A stretch of 56,522 bases of DNA, filler included, from Basidiobolus ranarum (lineage: Eukaryota), in NCBI GenBank assembly GCA_040143965.1. It is 4 parts of 4 records of this genome, joined end to end, with 100 filler letters (N's around TTAATTAATTAA, not from the genome) between each part and the next. Parts side by side here need not be neighbours in the genome. Positions count along the whole stretch, not along the records: positions 42,517 to 56,522 come from JASJQH010007322.1; 3 more parts are not named here. One strand, 5' to 3'. Position numbers and translations under genes: made by a program. Positions within the stretch are counted from its first letter, which is position 1, and every line of letters begins with the position of its first letter. Below are positions 47,982 through 56,522 of the stretch, in pieces. The notes under the pieces are model-generated. The model worked only from the letters and a program-made list of their open reading frames with translations. It ran no database searches and had not been told where the DNA came from.

Positions 47982-49699
47982 GAAGGTATGCTAATGTTAT
48001 TGCAAATGGTTGGAAGATAAAGCTCAACCCTGTTGCTCAGAGGAAAATAGGCCCGGTCAAGATAAAAACGGGTGGATATAAGATGAAATTTTGTTAACAC
48101 AAATAACGATTTTTAAAACTAAACGCCAAGTAAAAATGGTGTGAAGGACAATCACTTATCCAAATATTAAATGCGGGTCCTGCTCTCGACGAAATGCATT
48201 TCACCTATTTATAAGGTGAAGAGAATCAGCCTAAAGTCACCATACGCGATTTGCTGCATCCCAAAAAGGAACATCCACCAGATCAAGAAAATGTCACCGC
48301 TATTTACGTAATGAGCAAAGGTAACATTCTAGTGATTGCTACAACACTCTATGCTGGCGATAACAAGCTTCTTTAAAATTGGCCGATTCCTTAATCAAAA
48401 CAGTATTGACAGGAATACAACTCTTTCTTTAACTATGAAACAGGATATTTGACGTTTGTTTTTATTCTATGATAGTGAGCGGTAGAACCTTGTAGCACAT
48501 TGCCAGTATTCTCTACGAATATACGGAGAGCGCCTCCTCATCTTCTCTTGGTTAGAATGTATGTTACAAAAGCAAATCAGAGCCCGCTTAGCTGATCCAT
48601 CGCTGTGATCCGAACAGATGCCGATTCTTATCGAGGCTGATAAAGATCTTGGCCAGATTTAGCACCACAACATAGAGGATTATATATGCGATTGCTTAAC
48701 TGTTCCACCAATTCACCCCAGGCACCTTATTATTCTCTGAATCTTGCCTTCGCCATTGTGCTGCAAACGGCCATTACCGAAGGTGTCATATGGAGCAATG
48801 GGCAAACATCCTCGGAGCATTTCCGAAACATTGACTCATTACATGGTTTCACCCAAGACTATTTGCTACCAATTTATAAATATGTATCCCGCTACATCGT
48901 CATCTTCGCATCACAAAATGCTACGAGGAATCAAAAAATGGGGAAGCAGCATTAGCAAAGTGCGGTTAGCTGCAATCATATCAGCACAAAATGTAGAAAA
49001 TTTACTGGGTAGGCAAATCCCTTGCTTGCATCAGCGAAGCTACCAATGTATGACGGTAGCCCACCAATGGTAGCACACTCAAGTAGATCAAGGGTTAGAA
49101 GGCCGATGCTAGCTAATCGACCGTCATGTGATGCAAGATCGCAAGCTTTCATTAAAACAGCCAGGGTCAGTGTCTTAGTTTCACCATTCTAGTACTTTCA
49201 AGAGTTCATTCCAGAGTCCCACAACAATGGAGTAAACACGGAATACGCAACCGACAAGCGGAACCAAGAATCACTCATTGCATACTAGTCACGGCTGGGG
49301 GTATCGGACCATTAGATCAGCAACAACAGCGGCGATGCCGAAAGCGTAGGATATTTTTTGGATCATAAAGTCTAAATCATGTGTACACACCTGGGACGGA
49401 AAAAATACTCAATAAAGCAGTTTCCTCATATTTGGATTGGTGCCACAATATAGAACTGTTCATTGGTGACCCCCGGTGACTTGTGTTCGAATGAGAATAT
49501 CCAACTCGCCAAGTGCAGCAGTTGCTCTGCAAACTCGAAAGTTACTAACCGCAAATAATATTGTATGGATCCCTCATCAATATGTTCTGTTTGCATCTCG
49601 TATCTCGGTTACCAGGGAATATGCATAGCTTTGGAGTACGCAGCATGACACAAGGTGCGCGATGAGCTAACTGTGAGCCTATAGTATCGCTGGCATCAT

Positions 49700-51200
49700 T
49701 GGAAGTCGACTAGATACCATAAGGTATCCTATATATTCACGCACTATGTCATCATTTCTAAACCTGGTGGCCAATTGTTTCACATGCCCAAGACGATACT
49801 ATCGCTCTTGTTGCCATTATATTCTAAAGCAAACGCTAACAAAGCTTCGTTTTACCAAAGCGGCTAAGAGCAGCTGATGGCCAACATTCGCATATTCGCT
49901 ACATGAAGCCAGAAAGCCGTGAGCAGATTGGCTTACGTATTTACACAACATAGAGAGGCCACAGGAAGTTTACATATGTGGTCATAAGCATTCATTTTGC
50001 CTTCAAAGTCTGTGCGTTCATAACAGAATGCCAACTTTCTCCAAGCAAGCTTTGACCATTGTGGAGTAGATAAGCCGAGATCTGAGACACTTTTGTTGCT
50101 ATTACATAACCATCTTGATGGTTATGGTAATTCTTCATTACGAATCAGCGGATTTACTCAATTGAAAAAAGATCTTGGTCAAAGAGTGCAATGGTTCTGC
50201 TGTTTGGGGAATCACCTACTGTCACTTTCAGAAGACACAGGATTCATCCATTCTAAGCTGGATACCTAGATGAAAGAATCAGGGTACATAGATTCCGGTT
50301 TTTGCTGCTCAATACTCGGTTAATTAAGCTGTGGAACATGCACGACGCCATTGGGAAGACTCTTCACCTTAAGCAGCAATTCCGAATCTATAATAACTTC
50401 TGCAATGGCTGTACGTCGTTTCAACTAGAAGCTTCGTACCGTGAGATATGACATAGTGAAGTATTCACTTGCCTCGAGTTGCTCGAATCTCCCCAAGATT
50501 TATTAGCATCTGAGAATCTATTACAAATCGGGCATTTGTGATGCTTTCCGCACTCATTCAGTCACTACACCCGGTAGAGTCGAGAAATTCTGTCTAAGGA
50601 AGCGTCGTACAAACGAATAATTTAGTTCACAATTCCTGATGAGCAACATCGCTGTTTGATATGAAGACATAGTTATACTACTTGGATCATCCTAGGCTAT
50701 CAAATAAGGACATCGAACAGGCTCATAGATAGTTCGAACATCAGCAGGCCGCCCCAGTGTAAGGCTATATTGGCGGGGTTTAGTCATACACATTTTCTTG
50801 TGAGCTGGGAAACCACCAATACTATTGAAGTCGAGCTATAAATGGTTTCAGGATCGAGTTTGTGACATTTACAGTCTCAAATATGTAAATTAAACACGAG
50901 TTAGATCCCAAGATGCTTTATCAGGGAAAGGTTTGTGCTCGCCGGTTACTTAGAATGGTACTCGAAAATCGAAAGTAAGACTACTCTACTCTATAGCCAC
51001 AATAAACAAAAAAAGGTCCCAAAAGGAAAGCAATGGAAAATATTCGGCTCCGCCTTAGTTACCCCGAGCCGCAGATTTTTCCTATCGGAATTTTTGCAAC
51101 AAAGCAGTTCTCCCCGATCTTCGTTGATGGCCAACATATCAAGTTCTGGATGATGAGGAAGAGAAGCGTATCTTTAGAATTAACTAGTGAAATTCGTCTG
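49700..51200 (-). mobile_element. Highly decayed Ty3/Gypsy-like pol remnant
   Basis: Minus-strand fragments in pol order: ARFVIDSQML (RFCVDYRKLN-like), FEQLEASEYFTM (EQLGGAKYFST-like), ASCMFHSLINRVLS (APATFQRLMNRVL-like), then a WACE-like fragment. Many stops and frameshifts; boundaries and LTRs not found. Confidence 0.45.
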
Positions 51201-51686
51201 AGGTTGCAGACTAGTCTCTTTTGAATATTGCTCAAAATAAGTGGTAAATTCTATCTAAAACTAAATATTAACAAGATGCTAATAGCGAAGAAGTAACGAG
51301 TGGGATAAATGAATATAGTGCGTTGATGTATCCAAGAGCCAGCATCGTCACCGAAAAATCAACCTCGAACGAATAGCTTGCGAACGGCGGAGAGAGTGTA
51401 ATATGGCTCTTACATGTAGTTATTCAAGTCTAGTCTTCTATCTGTGACTGTACTCTCCACTGTATGCACTTGGAATGGCTGAACCCATATGTGCTATTTA
51501 ACTACACCATGTAGGTAAACAATATAAATTTTACCTTGACTCGATCAAATCAGTTGATTATATATTTTTGAAAAAGTTTCAATCCAACATAAACACAATT
51601 TGGATACATCGTCACTTAAAAAAATCAAAGTTTGAGTACAAACCAAAATTCTTCCCAACTCTCCAACAGCTTATGTTCACTCTGTA

Positions 51687-54600
51687 ATGGACAAAGCGGA
51701 GATACAGGAAAATGAGCTTGAAGCCCTGAAGGCTATATTCATGGTAATATAATAGCGAAAATCCACACACACATATCTTCTTAACTTATATTTTCCTTTC
51801 CACTTTGATCATAATAATTGAAGAACGATTTTGAAAGTGTCAATATTCCGTCTGCTTGGAATGTAATGTTGAATATTTAATTATACACAGCAAATATTTA
51901 ATTCATCGAGCTCGTTGACCAACTCATTAGTATTTAGATTATACCTACTGAGCACGAATTTAGGTTGCATTTGATCCCACATGGTGACGAACTCAAAGAT
52001 TCAGTATGTGTAGATCTACACGTAAAGTACGTCTCGAAACACTTTTTATATCAAAATTTATCTCTACGAGTAGTTTTCTGGCCTAAATTTGCTTACTTAA
52101 ACTGCCCTTGTTTGCTTGTAGGTTTGGGAAGAATTATCCCATGGTATTACCACAATTAAAACTTGAAAATTGGAAAGGCGTATCCTTAGCACAGATACAA
52201 GAATTGACCAAACAAATGAAATTTTTTGCGGCTACACTAATCGGACAAGAGATGACATATGAAATAGCGACTTTGGTGCAGGATTTTATCACAACTAACA
52301 ATTCTGCTTTGATACCAACCGTATCATTCCACGATCAAATGTTGAATAGACTAGAAATTACAACAAAGGTTTATCTTTATCTCTCAACTTATCAAAGTAT
52401 AGTACAGTTTATAAACATTGAAGAAAAATTATAGGAAGAGCAAGAAAAAGCTCAAATCGAACAGAATCGACTTAAGCAAATACAAGAAGAGATAAAAATG
52501 AACGAGCAGTTAAGCTTAACAAAGAAAATTCAGGAGGATATTCAAAGAAAAGAAGAAAAAATTAAAGAGGAACGACAGAAACGAAAGCAATTGAAAGTAA
52601 AAAGTTTGAGAGATACAGTTGCTCCGGAAGACTTGAACCTTACAAAAGTAACATTCGATGAGCCGATTGTCATGGATCCAGAGGACTCACAGGTTTGCCA
52701 AACCCTGACAAGGTTTATTACAAACATATTCGTCTTACCTGTATTTTTTCTGATTGATGTAGAACGCCACCTTTCAGTCTGTCATTGTATATCATCAAGT
52801 TAGACAAGGTTAGATTGATGAAATTACCCAAGTCATTCTTCATCGACTTATTTGCGTTGCTCTTATATAGATTCAGTAGGAGTTATGTATATGGTAAAAC
52901 CTGTAGATTATCTAACTAAGGCTGGTTATCGGGACACCAATCTACTCTGTTTGAAAGAGTTGGAGATTACCGCACCCTACTACCAAAGTAACACCGGAAT
53001 TGGAAAGGTAGTAGACGTTGTTTATCCATGAATATGCATATGTAACTCAACATTTGTTCAACTAGCTACAACAAGTTAAAAAAGAGCTCGACAAATTGAA
53101 AGGTCTTCGAAATAGCTATATGGTTAGTATCTTTGGCGCCAAATTAGAAATGGTGGAAGCTGGTTGGAAGCTGTATGTGCTTAGTGAGTATGTTGCTGGG
53201 GAAACATTGGCAGACTTGCTAGAAAAATGTGGCACCATTCAGCTTTCCCTCGTAAGAAAGTACAGCAAACAACTATTGCATTCATTGATATACATACACA
53301 CAAGTGGCTTTGTCCATAGAGGTAAGCTGACGCTAAAAATTATTGGCCCAACTTTTGATAATGCATAAATAGCTAACTGCTTAGATATATATTAGATTTG
53401 AAACCAGCGAATATTTATTGTACGGAAGATGCTAGCAAAGTAAAAATCGTGAAATTAGCGAATGTTAGCTATGCCCGCCGGCTATTGGGTAAATAGCACA
53501 ACTTCATTTATATCTATCATAGACTTATGGGTTGTTCGATTGTATAGATTTGGACCAAATATGTCCTATATCACCAATGCTTTCTGAAGATGCTACATCA
53601 AGCTGGTATGATTCGTTTCCTTCTATATATTAATATTATTTTCATAACTAAGACCATGCACGTGTTGAAAAAGGCCAGCACCGGAGATTGTTTCGAGGCC
53701 CGATTTGTTCGGAAGGTATTTTCTGTCTTTTCAACTCATATCTTGGTGTGTTGAGCATTATTCTCAAGTCTTTATTTCTAATTAGAAAAACCGACGTTTG
53801 GTCTTTGGGTGTGGTGATGGTAGAGATGATTTGGGGTAGTCAAGCAACAACCACATATTTAGATATTGAGCAACTTTTCGAAACCTGTAAACTTCAGTAT
53901 TGCATATCCTTTAACGAAGACATTTCATTGACCTTTGATCTTTTAAAGCAACATCCGAGATACCTGACTCCCTGCGTGATATTCTGAGCAAAATGCTTTC
54001 CAAGTGAGTTTCGAATAAGATCTACTAAAAACTTTGTGATGCAAATTCAAACATTTTTATCAACTCAGGGACCCCAAAGTTCGTCCAGCAGCCGTAGAGC
54101 TCTTGGATCATCCCTTTTTGATCGAAGATGATAGTCATTTACATCCCATCACCTTTATGCTTGATAGTAAGTTGATTTCCCAGCCAAGAGGTATTAATAC
54201 TAATTATACTCATACCACTGTTTACAAAATAGCAAAAATCGCACCTCCAGTGAAAACTCCTATGAGTGCACAAGATATCGCTGGTGATATAAATTTTTCA
54301 AATGTATTTTTGCATCCTGCTTTGAGCCTAGAGTCGCCTCAGTCCCCATTGAACTCTGCCAGCAACCCGGGGTTTTCTCGATACAGGTCAGATTTTGAGG
54401 AAATAGAATTTCTAGGAAAGGGTATGACGTTCTATTTGTATTATAGCGCATACTATACCTCATTTAACTCTAATCTTAGGAGGGTTTGGCGAAGTGGTCA
54501 AGGCACGAAATAAGCTGGATGGAAGGTGAATTAATACTCTCTATCTTTCAATAAGCCACCTCTCCAAATTGCTAACCGTACTCGTTCACAGATATTACGC

Positions 54601-56522
54601 GGTATAGCAGAACTCCAAACTGTTGAATTGATGATTAGTTATTCAACTCTTTTATCACTCAAAATAGATCAAAAAAATCCGATTGAATCCTCGAGACGTC
54701 GATAACAATCGAAAGATTTTGCGTGAAGTAACTACTTTATCGCGTCTACATCATCAGTATGTGGTTAGATATTTTACTACTTGGCTTGAAGGTGAGTTTA
54801 CAGATCAATGAGCTTAAAAAACCAATACCTGATTTGTAAATACTTCGGTAGATGCTGATGGTGCATGGATGGACAGCGAGTCCTGTAGTGAATACTCTGA
54901 GGATTCTAGTTCAGATACTAGCAACGATGAGGACGATGACATTAGTGCAATAACAGATTTTCAATCGGATTTTATAAGTACTGATCGAAAGAGGGCATTG
55001 AGTCGTAGTTATTCGAGTATTCATTTTGGAAGCAAACGAAGTTCCCCCTTCCTCTCTTCACAAGAAGATACTGATGACAGTCTTACCGAAGACACTAGCT
55101 CTAATATGGAGGTCAACTTTAAAAATCCCCCCAATCCACCAGAATCTTATAGAATTCTATACATTCAAATGGAGTTTTGTGAGAAGAAAACGTTAAGGTA
55201 GGCCATTTTTAGCCTTTAGATTCTTATTTCATACCTTAACATGGCTACTAGAGATGTGATTGACGAAGGAATTGAAGTTGACGAAGCATGGAGGTTAGTG
55301 CCACGCAGTGACATCTTTACTTTAAAGTCATTTTTATTTACCACATAGTATATCGGTTTGCACTTATTCAAAGACTTCTCCGTCAGATCGTTGAAGGATT
55401 AGGTACGTACTCTCTTCTATCCAGCTGTTTAGATTTTTGGTTAACATTTCCGATTTCGATTAGTTCACATTCATAGCCAGGTACTTTCAAACTGAAGCAT
55501 TGTTTTTCCCAACCATACTGACCATCCAGATTTCACTTTAATTGTTTCACTTAGAAAATGGTAAGCACTGTCTTTTAGCCAATCTTGCTTAGCAAGCATC
55601 TTACATTTTAATTAAATCTATTCTAGATTCATAGAGACCTGAAACCGAACAACATTTTCTTGGACTCCAATGGTGATGTTAAGGTACGTGTTTCTGAATA
55701 TTGTTATACAACATGGAAATGCTAGACATGTACTAACTAACATCTCATAGATTGGTGACTTTGGTCTAGCAACTTCTAGCTATGCTTTGATGGACGCAAA
55801 TGCCTCTAAGCAGGTTAGTTACGACTGTGCCTTCGAGGATTCAATGACATCAGGTATTTTGTGTGTCCCAGTTATCATCGTTTGAAATGATAATTCAAAT
55901 TTGATACGATTACCAGGAGTTGGAACAACGTTCTATGTCGCCCCAGAAATAGCTGATAAGAGTAGATATGGATCCAGATATACGCAGAAAGGTATTTATT
56001 CCATTTTAGTAAGTGACATTTGGCCTATTTACTGATCTATTTTCCCTCAAAGTGGATATATATTCCCTTGGTAAAGTTGTTTTAATTTCACTCTACTGTT
56101 GAAACTCGAATGATTGATGTCTCCTTAAGGTGTGATATTCTTCGAGATGTGTTGTCCTTTTGCAACTGGCATGGAGCGTGCAATAGTAAGATATGTGCAG
56201 TAGTGATTTTAATATCACCCTAGTTTAACTCTCTAGCTTTATAGGCCCTTGGACAAATACGCTCTCCGGAAATCGTCTTTCCTAGTCAGTTTCCAGTCGA
56301 CAGAATGAAATACCAAGCGTATATCATACGTTGGTTGTTGGCACATAATGCTAAAGATCGTCCAACTAGTCTCGAACTCTTACGAAGTGAATGGTTACCA
56401 CCAAAAATGGTTAATTCTCCAGTCGATTGTATTTTTTATTTTGTGGAGTGCTAATTACTTATACCCTTATTAGGAGGATGACTATATCGAGGAATGTCTG
56501 AGGACCATCGGTATGCTTCTTT
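51687..56522 (+). CDS. GCN2: eIF2-alpha kinase GCN2, intron-rich, runs off the window
   Basis: RWD start EIQENELEALKAIF, pseudokinase, [47 protein letters not shown], acidic insert, LYIQMEFCEKKTL, IHRDLKP, IGDFGLA, GTTFYVAPE. Confidence 0.95.

Noticed and set aside
53904..53916. ATATCCTTT resembling a U12 (AT-AC) 5' splice site in GCN2
   Set aside because: It lies inside an intron that already splices in frame with GT...AG ends; no AT-AC intron is needed.
1..56522. CRISPR arrays, rRNA, tRNA or prokaryotic operons
   Set aside because: None seen by eye; the sequence is eukaryotic and intron-rich. A tRNAscan-SE/Infernal run would be needed to exclude small RNA genes.

Overview
AT-rich eukaryotic (fungal) DNA with short GT-AG introns. 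It is not one continuous locus: four pieces of about 14 kb are joined by identical artificial 100-bp linkers (44 N + TTAATTAATTAA + 44 N) at 14090, 28272 and 42417, so gene neighbourhoods hold only within a piece. Gene content and intron density suggest an early-diverging fungus (Zoopagomycota/Mucoromycota type, possibly Basidiobolus-like); this is inference only. Piece 1: a long secreted low-complexity protein (runs off the left edge), Kv-beta-type aldo-keto reductase, peroxisomal thiolase, a small secreted Cys protein, AP-2 sigma, histone H2A, mitochondrial DnaJ and a 5'-nucleotidase (truncated). Piece 2: a small Kre9/Knh1-N-like secreted protein, an intronless bacterial-type KpsF/GutQ SIS+CBS isomerase, a possible decayed gene, thiamine pyrophosphokinase, a PRP46/PLRG1 pseudogene missed by the ORF track, TVP23 and a MATA-type HMG-box gene. 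Piece 3: GGC1, a head-to-head pair of TMEM198/DUF4203 paralogues, an alpha-arrestin, a kinase-less Mad3/Bub1-family gene, a Ser-rich coiled-coil protein, a hyaluronan-synthase/CPS1-like GT2 and an MDR oxidoreductase. Piece 4: DDAH, a multi-exon Integrator subunit 10-like gene, a decayed Ty3/Gypsy-like remnant and GCN2 (runs off the right edge). The most notable items are the KpsF/GutQ gene in a fungus, the INTS10-like gene, the mutation pattern of the PRP46 pseudogene and the kinase-less MadBub that keeps its CDI motif. No multi-gene novel system is convincingly visible. All family calls come from remembered motifs, not database searches.
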